From Takakia lepidozioides (taxonomy: Eukaryota; Plantae; Bryophyta), in assembly GCA_030704615.1 (NCBI GenBank), contig CM060733.1, positions 25,234,001-25,298,000 of the forward strand: a DNA stretch of 64,000 bases. The letters are read 5' to 3'. The notes under the pieces were generated by a model. That model did not search any database and was not told the DNA's origin. It was given only the letters and a program-made list of their open reading frames with translations. Both the position numbers and the translations under genes were made by a program. This document shows, in pieces, positions 26,269-39,200 of this stretch; position 1 is the stretch's first letter; every line of letters starts with the position of its first letter.

Positions 26269-27636
26269 GAAGTGGCTAAGGATATCGCCCGAGAGGGCGT
26301 GTTGATTAGCGGCAAGAATATGAGTGAAGCAGCTAATGTAGAGTTTGGTGTAGAAGAGCTGCATGCAAACCTGCCAGGTGAACGTGCTGCAAGAATAGGA
26401 GTGTGAACATTGCTGGCAACACATTGTTGGAAGTCAAAATTGCCGATCCCATGGTTTGTTGCTTGATGACATAGATGCCAATGTATCCATCTTGAATACC
26501 GAGTTGGTGGACAATGCGCCAGCTGCTTGCTACGTGAAAGTACATTTCCTTCTCAAAGTCTATCTTTGCTTGCTAGTATGATTTCTTTAGTATGGTACAA
26601 GAAATTGCACGACATTATTGAGTGATTTCTTGCCTGTATGAATGCAGGGAGGCATCACTGTAGTCTTGGATCGCTTTTAGATTGAGGTCGAAAAAAATAA
26701 AAGTGGGCTTACTGTCGGGATCAACTATAATGCCAGTCACTGCTAGTGGCAATGTGTTTGTAGTTGTGGATCGCGAAAGTGCAATGGTTGAGGAGGTGTC
26801 AGTCGGAGGGGGGTTTGGGATGTGTAAACCTGAACAATAAAATTATTGTTTGACAGGCAGGTTTTACATCCAAGAGCAGGTTGCCAAGAGCCACCGAGGA
26901 TTTGAATGCTCAAGAAAAGGGGCAAACTAGTGGATTAGCACTAACCCACTCCCAGCAGGTACTTGCTCGAACAAGCAGGCTCGTATTCCACAACATAAGA
27001 AATCTTCCAGATTTCTGTGGGGTGGGAGATACTTTTGGCCATGACTTGTCAATGGGACAGAAGTTGAGTGCAAGAAAAGAGGACAATGAGGTGAAAGACT
27101 CTCCAAGGATCGTAAGGATATTATTGAGCGCATGCGGTGATATACGGAATATTCTGAAGACAGTTTTTTCTCTCCAACAAAATTCCCAAGCGCTGGTACC
27201 AGTCGTGTTAAACGACTGGAAGTTGGCCATCCTAGCTCGTAAATCCATAGTTTTATAGTCGCTCGTTGCACAACGTACTTCTACTGCTGATGTGCTCGCC
27301 ATATGGGCAAACCATGCCCTGACTCCAATGCAGCATGAGATTTTAAACAATGTTTTAGTGAAATTAGCATCTTCGTTGCCAGACTGGTTGGTTTGTTCAG
27401 AAGAGTCAGGCATCAACTTGGGTGCTAAGCTGTTGCAAGCGTTTTCTGGATGGAGGGATTGTACTATGACCCTCCAAGAGCTTGAGAAACAAGAGCAACT
27501 TTCAAGTTTGCTTGTCGTTACTTTTGTTTTTGTTTCTTGTATTGATCACACTTAGACAAGATATGCACATATGTTGAATATTAGATGAAGTCACTTCTTC
27601 ATGTGACAGAGCACATCCTTTGCATACCTTCGAACA

Positions 27637-27748
27637 TGTGAGTTCTTTCAACACTTAAGCTGATCAATTGCACAAGTCTATCAAAACTCACTGTGAGTTC
27701 TTTCAACACTTAAGCTGATCAACCGCACAAGTCTATCAGAACTCACTG
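27637..27748. repeat. 55-bp tandem duplication
   Basis: tgtgagttctttcaacacttaagctgatcaa..aactcac at 27637 and 27692. Confidence 0.9.
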
Positions 27749-27879
27749 CTCTGGATACCCTTCCCTTACTGTGTTCAGGGTCGACAGAGCTTCCTCATCA
27801 AACTTCCTCCATTGTTCACCTGTGCCGGGGCTATGTGAGTGAGTGATCCCAACTGAAACGTTACCGAATCAACAACTTT

Positions 27880-29340
27880 TTGCAATAAAAATCGGATATG
27901 TTTGCTGATGGCCTGGGAATTCCATGTGGGAAGTTTTGAGAAGATACAAAGGAAGAAAACTTGGTTAGGAGTATGCTTTCCTGCCAATTCATGGGCCACA
28001 TTGTGTTATGTTTGACCTCCACGCTTCAATGAACAAAGGAAGACCACATATACATACTTGAATGTCTGCCTGAACTCACTCCTGGAGACATCCATCAAGC
28101 ATCCAACAACATATGATGCACTGAACAAATGTTTGGAGTGCAAGTTTTTAGAGCATGCACTGACCTTCCACTTTACCATCATAGCTTTGGATGACAACAA
28201 CGCTTGACAAGTCTGTTGCACAATACGTAGTATACTACTCAAAATCTGGCAATCATTTTGTCAGCTTACTCCCCAGGAGATTTGGTTCCACCACTGCTTA
28301 CCTTACGTGGTTATCTGGTAATTATTATGTCAGCTTACTCCCCAAGAGCCACTTGGTCCAGCCACTGCTTACCTTTTAGGTGGTTAGCCAACATTAATGG
28401 GCTTTGAAGGATTCCTGTACAGAATGCCAAAACACAATGATGGCTGTGTTCCAGCTTTTGAACTACATGGGCAGGCCAAACGATGCCTCCCAGTCAATCA
28501 CAATTTCCAACTTGGAGCGAATAGCCTGAACAGGAATTAGACAATGCCCAAACCTCAAAGTTGGTGTAGCTGACAAATCTGGCAAGTAGGTTCCTAGGGA
28601 ATCTAATTGTGGAGGTCACCAGAAACCGCCACCAAACACAATGGACACCTCCAGCTCCTCCTTGAAAAGTTTTTCATATAGACTATGGTCTGCTCCAATG
28701 ATCCCAAATCCACACAATGCGCCAACAGGTCCGAATCCCTACAAGGGCTCGATCTTCTTAGGGCTCCAACCCTAGTCCCCTCCCATAGCTCAGTGTAGTC
28801 TACGCTCGACTTGGGTCGGCTTATTTTCTTTTGTCTCTCCATCAAACTGTTGCAAGTCCTCTTCGTGAAGTTCCTTGAAATTCTGTGGTCTAGGACAGGC
28901 CCTGGTAAATGGCTCTCAGTTATGGTTCTTAGTCATCCGGCACGGTCTCCCTGCGATCCGCCTCATCACTCTGAGGGTTTTAATTTTTTTCCCTTCAAAT
29001 AATTCCAATAAAATTTCCAGGGCCAGACCCCTGTTAATAATAATAAAAACATAACTTTGTGGGAGGGAAGTGGGATAGAGAAAGTTGGTTGGAAGATTTA
29101 AGCTGCAGATAAGCTGACAACTCTTTGGATCCTCAACACCCAAGACGTTTTCACCAGAGATGGGGAGACACTACCTAGTATCCGTCTTGGATCCGAGTCT
29201 GAATTTCTTTAATAGACAGAATTGTGAATTGATCTATAACACTGGGAGCGGCACACTCAACTGAAAGTAGATTCCCTACTCCCAGACCATTGCCACCCTT
29301 ACATTCAAATAGGCTGTGTCATACATGCAAAAAAACCAAT
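27880..29340 (-). mobile_element. Highly degenerate L1-type LINE 3' fragment
   Basis: Minus-strand remnants GGNGLGVGNL (~29270), a W-rich segment (~28400-28520) and C..HLF (~28130). Includes a ~69-bp tandem duplication at 28245-28388. Confidence 0.4.
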
Positions 29341-29444
29341 TTCCTACTTGAATCCCAGCTCATGCCAACTATTGCTTGAGCCGGTAGAGAATTTTCTTGA
29401 GAATTTGACAAGAATTTTCTATTTCACATGTGAGAGGTTAAGCC

Positions 29445-29674
29445 ATGTTATGCCAAGGTCCCACCAAGGGTTTTGGGGGATCCAAGAACCGGAACCGAGC
29501 CTGTTTTTACCCCAGCCGCCCTGTTCTGACACGTGTGCCTCCCTGGAGGAACATCCGGTTCTGCGTTGTTCCCTATTGGCCGGTTCCAGTTCTCTGGTTC
29601 TGCTGGTGCAGAAGTGGGTCAGGTTCCGGTCCGGTCCCTTATAACAGGAATCGGCGGTTAACCGCCCAACTCTG
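29445..29674 (-). mobile_element. Truncated hAT MITE related to 43294-44124
   Basis: GGAACC/GGTTCC repeats ending in accgcccaactctg (TIR-like); inverted homology to 43294-43535; second TIR not found. Confidence 0.6.
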
Positions 29675-32600
29675 GTCCAAACACAAGATGAGCACATGGC
29701 GAAGAGTTGGACAACCAGCATGTAGCCCAGTGGTAATGGGCACATACCACGTTGGATTTGGTTGTGGGTTCAAACCACAACCAAATCATGAAGGTGTGTC
29801 ATGAAGGTGTCCACCTTTCAGCTGGAAGGCAGTAGCTCTTGTGGTGAGAAGAGACACCATAATTTACACTCCCTTCGGGAGGCGTCTATATATATAATTT
29901 TTGACCGAGTATTGCTATATAGGTTAGAATTTGGACAATTTTTATTCAGGTAGATGGGTTGTTCCATTTCATAATACAGGCATGGATTTGCATAGGTCAA
30001 ATACAATTTGAAAGTGCATGATTGGACCTAATGAGTTGGAGATGATCTTCTATGACGTTGCTGCCCTCTACTTATTTACATCGTAAACAGTCTGCAGGAT
30101 GCTGATGACCTTCTCTCTTGCTCAACCGGTTGTGGCTCTATCTTCTTCCAACAATTCCCAGAAGCTGGGTAGTACGCAGCTCCAACTTACCTTAAAGTGC
30201 AGGAAAGTGGCTCTATACATGCACAGGTCGGTGTGTAACAATATATATATGACCTATGAGGAGGACCAGACTACTTGCTCCATGGATGATTCATGGGTTT
30301 ATGTCCGAATCAACCTTCTCACTTGACAACTTCAACGGTCTACAGGTCAACATGGAAAGAAGCCCTCCATTGGTGGTGTACAAAGCACCATACTTTCATG
30401 TATAATAGTCCACCAAATGGGCACATGAAGACCGGAAATCCAATTATAAACTGACTTGAGGTAAGTGTACAAAGGATGGAAAGTTCCCATAGCAAGGGAA
30501 GAGCAAGAGGCCACATGAGGTACCTACTCCTAAATCCATTGGATTTGGCCTGGACGGGTACCCCTGTTTCTAGATCCACGTCAACATCGTCCTCGGCTGT
30601 GCTTGGATTGCCATCTTCCACCAAACCCACCAAAGGAATCCCTTTGGATGCTGCGAGCTGCTGCATCGGTCTGGGGCATACCAAAATTCCGTTGGGTGAT
30701 TGTTGAACTGGTGGTGGCCCCGATGCCAGAAAGCCAGACAGAGGCTCCTCGATTTGGACACCTTGTCCCACGCTTCCACGTGCGGAATTGACCTCCGTGT
30801 CTGCTCGCAGATCACGCATTCTGCTGCAGTGTACAATCACCTCTGCACGTCAATCGAAGTTAAGGCCCTTCACTGTCTCGGGGCCCACCTTCCTGCAGGC
30901 GCTGCCAAGTTGCCAAGTTCTAAACAACACATGTCTCTCGCCCCACATCAACGTGGCAGAAAAGATATGGCATTTCTCGAATCTCAGGCCTCGGGCATGT
31001 TTGCAAAAATTCTTGCCTCGGGCTACGTTACTGCAGCACAATCGGACAAGAATCTCGTGACTGGGGTTGGAAGAGGGTCAGACCCGAAATGGGTCTATTG
31101 GGACTTTCAGGGCTAGAATCAATGGTGTTGCGGTGGATATTTCACACTTGGCTGTGAGTATCTCTCACCATCATGGTTCATGATCTGGCAATATGGCCCG
31201 AACTTACTCCAGATTCGTGAACATTCAGCTCAGCGGAGGGCATCGGAGTTTCTTTTATTCCTGGATACCTCATGGTGGGCCCTCACCTCCTTTACTCCTG
31301 TCGTATGCCTGCCAGCGCACGGATCATTAATGAAACAACATTGCCACTTCACTTTTGCTTTGGAAACTGGAATGACCATTACATGACTGTTCACTGCAAT
31401 AATCACGGAGTTGAAGCTTTGGCGGGGTCTTGCAATTCTGGTCGCAAGTGCCAATTACATTCCTAGAATGCTTTGATGGTCGATCGGTCGGAACTGCGGA
31501 AGGATTCCCCAACTCAACCGTCATTTGCATGGATGGAAAGCAAAGCGTCATGTTGATCGACAAGACCGGCCACATTGCAGCTGCACAGTGGCAGTGACGA
31601 GAGCCTGAGCTCAAGCGGCTCAGCTCAAGTGTGTTCAGGAATCGGTAGAGGATCGGGCTTCGAAGGGTCGTGTTTGCCATCATGCTTGTGTTACAGTGGA
31701 GTCTGTTTTGAGGGCTGGGAGGCAGGACCGGTTGATCTTTAACGGAAAGGCTCAGTTGTGAAGGCGCGACTTCGACGTGAACCATACCATGCGGGAACAG
31801 GCTGGTTGGAGAGGGAGCTGGGGGCAAGACAGCCGCTCGTTCCATGCATCTTACGCAGTTGTCAGGTGATCTCATGAGTCTCTAACTCAAAGTGACTCAG
31901 GAATGTTAGACGATAGGGCAACTCCCAGAGCAGTGCAGATTTTCGGTCGAACATGCGACGCTGCGCACCTGTTGGGCGTGCCAGACTACCACCCTTCTAT
32001 TCCTGCACATGTTAGCAGTTTTATGCCTTACATTTGACTTGAGAACTTTTGCTTCCTCGGCCGAACATATGTTTGACGCTCAGTCACCTGTGGTCCATTC
32101 TGCTCTGGGGAAGCCTGCATGTTCTATGCGCTATTAGATTCTCGGGAAAACTGTCACTGGTCGGAATTTCAGGAAGTTCTTAGACTCCAGGGTAAATAGC
32201 TCATTGAATCTTCTAGTCTCTCGTGCACTCGCCTTGCTGAGTGTCCATCCACCTCATGCGTATGAAAACCTCTTAAGCAGGAACTCCATTCCTGCTGATA
32301 TATGTGCTCTTCACGTGTGTATTGGAGTGTCTGTCCTTGTTCGTGATGGGTCCGATTTCTTTCTCCTCCGACACCGCACACTCAAAAGCTTACAGCAGTT
32401 TCGTACTCTTTACAAGTGATGGCCTCCTTGTGAGGTGGTCTGCAAAAATGAGACCTATACGAGAGAAGGATCGTTCAGCGCACTCTACCGCGTTAATTTG
32501 GAACAACAAGAAGGCCCGGTCTGCAACCTCAATCCACCGCATCTGAGGAACTTAACATTTTACCTATCCTATTGAGATAGACTCATTTATCTTTCTTGTG

Positions 32601-33232
32601 AAACTTACACAGAGTTATATCAGAAAGCATTGACTGGCATTGTCAGATGTACACGAGTCTCCCGTTCTGACCAATGTCGTCCAAATTTTCATATGCAGGT
32701 GATGCTTGTTAAGCTTAGGCAAGGTGCCCTAGCACCTTAGCGCAACATGGCTGGTGAGCTACTTTGGGAGACCTTGTGCATTATTACTTGCATGTATGAT
32801 CTAAAGATGGGCAGAAGGGTTCTCGTGTTAGAAATCTGTACACTCTGAGAAAGTTAAGGTCTTAAGAGCATATGCAAAAAATCCAACTGGAGTGGATGAA
32901 GAATTGCTGATGCCACTTGCATTTTTGCAATATACGAAGGACTGTGATTAAGTGTAGTAGATAGACTTAGCTGCAATTAAATTTCTTCCGAGGAGTGTGC
33001 TGTACATAGACTGGCAGACAAGTCTGTTTAACTTGGGTCGATCTGTTGTCTGTAGGGAGGATTCAGGTCTACCTAGGTGTGCTGATTCCTTCTGGAAACC
33101 CCAGTGCTGCAAGAGTGCTCTGGGAATTTCGAGGTTTCAGTATCCTGATGGGTGTCATTCGAGCACTCTATATTGACCTCCAGCATATCCTTGGATGCAG
33201 ATGGACAGGTCTTCAGTGAGGCGAGAGGGTGG

Positions 33233-36200
33233 ATGGCATCGCATAATTCATGTGACTGGCCTTCGCGTCAGTCATGGATACAGTTTTTTTTCACTGCATC
33301 ATGTGCCCAGCATGCACCTGCTTCACTTGTCCACATCCTCTTCCTGGTGCCAGTGTGCTGGATGTTCTATTCTCACATTCGCCTTGCCAGGATAGCAAAA
33401 GTGGAAAACCAGAATGGGGATTTGAGCCACGGCTACAAGCAAACCCACCTCAAAACATCGTTCGTATTTTGGATTACTCAAGGATTAACAGCAATAGTTG
33501 CCGCAGGTTATCTGGGCGTAGCTGTGTGGCAGCTACTTGTCAGCTCCCCAGAAGCCTACTTTTTCTTCGTAAGCAGTGTTGTGTGGGGTGTGTTCGCATC
33601 ATTACTTTCTTGTGAGAGGATACTTGGTGCCCCCTATCACTGGGTCAGTCTTCGGGCATGGTGGGTGGCCACATTTCTCCTCTCCTGTATTGCCCTCACT
33701 TCTACGGTTCTAAACATCAAGCGATGGAAACACCTCAGTCTGCAACAGCAGGTTGATGATGTTATGATCCTGGCAACGTTCCCTGTGGCATTGTTTCTCA
33801 TGGCAGTCTCATTCGTGGGGGTGACTGGCATCTCCATTCATGAACTTGAGAATGGCATGACAGAGCCGCTTTTACCGGATGTTGACCCCACAAAGGTTGT
33901 CTCTCCGTCCCCACAAACTCATTCTGTCCGTCTGTCTGTCTCTATGATATGGCCAACAACGTCCTATGAGTACATCCTATGGCCACAAGCAAAGAGTGTC
34001 TTGTGCTGTCTTGTGCTTTCTCTCTCTCTCTCTCTCTTGGGGGAGGCTTAGGGTGGGTTTCCACTGTCTGCAGATAGAAACTAGTAGGTTGGACAACCTG
34101 CAATGTGCGGACCACCAACGGGGAATTTGAAAGTGAAGAACGTTTGTCTGTCACTGTCCCCTCTACAATGAGATCTGTATGCATGAGGCGTTGACTCTTA
34201 GGCAATCCCTTGAACAAATGTTGTTTTTGGGCTGCTTGTCCAGGGCCCCTCTCTCTTTCTTGCTTCATGCTTCCTCATCCCATAAGCTCTTGGAGCTTTC
34301 CATCTACATTATTAAGTATCATTCATTTCTCTTTCTTTCTTCTACATCAAAAGCTTTCTATGCCAAATGAAGAGGACAGAAGAAGTGACAGTTTTTCCGC
34401 TTTCCTTCCTGCAAATTCCAACCAACTGAAGGATTTCATTGCAATCACTGCAGATGACGAGGGGCCCCAAAGTCACTGGCTATGCCACAGCAGGAATTTT
34501 GAGCAAAGCTACATTGTACTGGATGAACCCTGTTCTATCTGCTGGAATACAGCATCCATTGGAAGCAGATGACATACCAATAGTCGCACCCAATGACCGG
34601 GCTGAAGTGGTGTACGAGGCGTTGCAGATAAGATGGCAGCAACAGGCAGAACCCCGATCTGTACGACGCTCCTTAGTGGGCACTTTCTGGGTCCAATTTG
34701 CAGTCGTGGGCTTGTTTGCATTAGTAAGGGTGTTCGTGATGTATGCAGGGCCCTTACTCATTGAGCGATTCACAGATTTCACAGAAGGAAAGAGGGATTT
34801 TGAATATGAAGGCTTTGCACTCGTGGGCACTCTGTTGCTAGCAAAAGCCATCGAGGTTCTCTGCTCCCACCAGTACACTTTTCTGAGCCAAAAACTGGGA
34901 ATGCTGGTCCGATCATCCTTAATTGCCACTGTGTACCTAAAGGGCTTACGCCTGTCAAATGCAGGTCGCCAGAGTCACGGGATGGGTAAAATTGTTAGCT
35001 ATATGTCAACAGATGTGCAGCAGCTGGCGGACTCCATGTATCTTCTGCACAATGTGTGGGTTTTACCCCTTCAGGTCCTCGTTGCCATGGTTCTTCTCTA
35101 TAGTGCACTGGGTCCAGCCTCACTAGCAGGTTTCATAACTATGGCTCTTGTATTGTCCACCAGCTTGATTGTTGCTCGGAAGCAGCGGCAGTGTCAGCAG
35201 CAGGTAAGCATCTTTTTGGTTTGCGTAGTACTTGCAGTTTTGACAGGTGCAGTCTCAAATTTGAGATTGAGTGAAAGGTTTATCTTGTTCGATTTCTGCA
35301 TTAATCTACACAGATGCCTACTACTTCTATTGTTGCTGTAAATGGGCCAATTCCTCAGCTGTGGGACACAATTTTGTGAAACCCCATATAGTGCAAGGTC
35401 ATTCAGTCTCAACTTGATGGGTAAATAAGCTGACTCCATGTAAGCACATTTCCCCACCCACCCTGACCACTTCTGGAGTGCTTGGATTCTGTAGCTCATG
35501 CAGACTCGAGATGTGCGAATGAAGGCAATGAACGAACTGCTTAGCAATATGAAGGTCGTCAAGCTGCAAGCATGGGACCAACAGTTCGAGGAGAAAGTTG
35601 AGGGTATACGAGCTGTAGAAAAGGGCTGGGTTGCGACATTCATGTATGTGACATCGATGAACATTTTTACCCTCTGGCTGTCCCCAGTGGCAGCGGCGTT
35701 GGCAACCTTTGTTTTCTGTATAATTTTGGGACAGGATCTCAGCCCAGGAAAAGTTTTCACAGCTGTAGCCACCTACCGCATCCTACAAGAGCCAATGCGG
35801 CTGTTTCCACAGGCTCTCATGTCGTTATCCCAGGCTTTGGTGTCTCTCAACCGTCTGGACAAGTTCATGCAGAGTGATGAACTGCAAGGGGATGCAGTTG
35901 ATAGGCTTCCAGCTGGTGCTGCAGTTGCAGTTAGTGTGGAGGGTGGGTGCTTCAAGTGGGACCCAGAGGCGGAGCTTCCCAGTCTGAACAAGATTGATAT
36001 CCAGATTGAATGTGGCTCTTTTGTTGCAATTGTGGGGATGGTTGGGTCTGGAAAATCCAGCTTACTGGCAGCTCTACTCGGAGAGATCCCGAGAGTGGGA
36101 GGCAAGGTGTGTGAGCTTGTATTTGAAGTTTGCTTGTGACTATCTCGTCTAGTTTCTTCCTCTGTATAAGTTTGTTGTGATATCAGTCTGATCCCAAGTG

Positions 36201-39200
36201 TAATTCTGGAAGATGCACCAATGGCTCCCTGCTGCAGAGGTACTGTGGCGTGATAGGAGACCTTTATCCTTGAGTCACAGGAGAATGGGTGAGCCACCAC
36301 AGGTTGGCAAGTTAATGGGCTCTATCCCCAGTTATTTCCACTCTCACGGAATTACATCTCCTTTTTGGATTGCATAAGATGGTGACACTTGAACTCTCAC
36401 TTCTGCATCTAGCGATTATTCCTAAAGCTGTTTTGGCAGCACATTGTTTCCATTGAAGCCATTTTGGCCGTGTCTCTGGCACCAATGTTGTTCTATACCC
36501 AAGGTTTCACGTGACTTCAACCTTTGCTCTTTAATATCCCTCTGTAAGATGAAGGTCTATTGCTTTCATGCTGTAGATGGTGCCAGTATAGAGCAGAAGA
36601 AATTTGTACACAAAATTTATAATAGCTGCATCTTCAATCACAGCTCCTGAAGGCATCTGACATTACAGGTGAGAGTGAGTGGGAGCATTGCATATGTGCC
36701 ACAGTCAGCGTGGATTCAAAATGGGACAATCGAGGACAACATTCTCTTTGGAACACCCATGGACCAAACCAAATATCAGGAGACGCTACGCGTTTGCTGC
36801 TTGGTTCCAGATATTCAGCAAATGGAATATGGTGACAAGACAGAGATTGGAGAGCGGGGGATCAACCTTAGTGGTGGCCAGAAGCAACGCATCCAACTGG
36901 CCAGAGCCATCTACCAAGATGCTGATGTGTACCTCCTTGATGATGTATTTAGTGCTGTGGATGCACACACAGGCTCCGAGCTTTTTAAGGCACGTGATTA
37001 CTCACAAAACATGTGAAAACCTAGAGGGAGCACAAGTAGTTGCCTGAATGGCATATTTGACCAACAGAATTTCCCAAATGTGAGGGTGAGAGACGAAGAA
37101 TGCAAGTTTATTCAGTCTGATCAGTTGGGTGAGTTCTCCATGAGCCAGCAACAATGCCAATCTTCTGTGTATCCTCCCAAATTTCATAAGGTGTCTCTGC
37201 AGAGAGAAGAGAAGAAAAAATTGAGGAAGAGAGATGAAGGAAGAAAGGGAAAATGAAAGGAAATGGTACTTTATAACGTCCGCGGAAAGCTCATAGAGCT
37301 TCTGGGACAATATGGAAGAAAACATGAGAGAGGAAACAAAACCAGAGCCAAAAATAAATTGCTCGAGTGATTGTCTAAGGGTGAAGGCCTCGTGCAGGTA
37401 AGCTGCCAAGCATTTCTGATCCTAGTAGTGGAAGACTTCAGTGAGAGATTGGGGTTCCGCGGAATAGACAGTGGAATCTCCCGTGGATCTCGTAGTATAG
37501 AGGGCAATAGAAGAAGTGTTCTTCAGTTTCAATTTCCCGGTTGCGCCCTGTGCAAGCTGGACATAGGCGATCCTCCCGTTGCAGGTTTTCCCATCTGCCA
37601 CTCTCTATCCCAAGATTGTGGGAGCCCACCGGAACCGCCCCAATGCCCTCCGGAGGGAAGGATATAAAGAATTATTCTTTCTTTAGTTCTGGGCTAAATG
37701 TGAAAGATTTCTGATGACACAATGTCCTTTGCAGGAATGTGTGCTTGGGGCATTGCGTGGCAAGACAACTCTGTTGGTGACACATCAGGTCGACTTTCTC
37801 CACGGAGCAGATAATATTCTGGTAAGCTTGGCTGGGTCTTGTAATATGAAGCCAATTGTAAGGTTTGGCATCTAGAATACAGGTTTGAAAGGATATGCCC
37901 TTGACTGAGTGCCTCTTTGCATTGCAACCTATGTTTTCACTTGTACCCCTCAACTCTTGTGTATCATCATATTTTTCCAGTAAACGCTTTCTAGGCTCAT
38001 CTGTTCAAGTTGTGCTGTGATATAGCTTGGAAAGAAGACATGAATCTGACAAGGTATGTTGCTCAATAGTTCTGTTTGTTAGATGTAGTATAGGGAAACT
38101 TATGGTTACTTAATACTCTAAACCACCAGGCTGGAATTTGCTGGATCACCTAGATCTAGTGGAAGGATTGTGTGTAGGTCATCTGTCATCATGGATTAAC
38201 AGGTAACAATCAGTGGATCACAGGTGGTTCGGGATGGAGAGTTAGTGCAGTCAGGTAAGTACAATGAGCTACTAAGTGCTGGCATGGACTTTCGGGCGCT
38301 CGTTGATGCCAACAATGAGGCTTTGGACCGGATAGAAGTGAACGAGGCATCGAGTTCTGAGGAAGCTGACGTTTCCTTGCTGCCAGACTACACCCCTCCC
38401 TCACCATCCAGCACACCCCCAATAACGCTGTTAAGGGATGCAAGTCTGAATGGCCGCTCACTGGAAAGAAAAGTGAGTCGGAGTCAGAGCACAAAAAGCA
38501 AGGCTGCCTCACGGCTGATTCAACAAGAAGAGAGGGCAACAGGACGTGTCAGTTGGAAAGTGTATTGGGTGTATCTGACAAAGGTGTTTGGAGGTGCCCT
38601 GGTGGTGATCCTGCTTCTGATCCAGACATTTTGGCAGACATTGCAAATATTGAGTGATTATTGGTTGGCTTATGAGACATCTGACCCCAGCATCTTCAAT
38701 GCTCGCCGCTTTCTCACTGTATACGCAGGGCTAGCGTTGGGATGTGTAGTGTTAGTGTGCGCAAGATCTTTGATAGTGGCATTTGTTGGCATAATAACGG
38801 CCCAGAGCTTCTATCTTGGGATGTTGCACAGCATTATTCGGGCACCCATGTCCTTCTTTGACACGACACCCTTGGGACGCATTCTTAACAGGGTCAGTGA
38901 GTTTCTGTTGCTTTCTCTCTATATGTCAGCTCTTTTGAAAAATCTAGAGGTAGTAAATGGTTGGGACTTCCTGTCATGTTATTGTTGTTACTGGATTGCA
39001 GTGCCCTCCTGTAGGCATCAGTGTAAAGCTCACCAGATGCTGCTCCAGCACTCCATGTACCAGCAGTTCTGGGTTCCAGAACTGCGTCATTGCAGTGCCT
39101 ACCCCATCCATGTATCATGGGCACATTCATTAGCATCTTCTTTCTCTGCCAATCTACAGCTGCTTCCATTCTTCAAAGTTTCCAGAATAACTAACTCTTT

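Larger units (their letters stand above)
15697..27510 (+). pseudogene. TPR + DUF4470-like protein pseudogene interrupted by Copia/Gypsy
   Basis: TPR-like KARGNSLFREGKH..SNLAACYL at 15770-15972 resumes in frame after the Copia (LLE|VAKDIAREG, 26271-26377). DUF4470-like ILLSACGDIRNILKTV..VLNDW..ILAR at 27110-27250. Frameshift after the ATG and an in-frame TAG at ~27256. Degenerate coding-like sequence may extend to ~32500. Confidence 0.6.

Noticed and set aside
27637-28388. CRISPR-like array
   Set aside because: Only two copies per unit, no spacers, eukaryotic context and no cas genes.
32700-32920. Possible MYND finger remnant ending the DUF4470 pseudogene
   Set aside because: Too degenerate; only a C..W spacing is visible.
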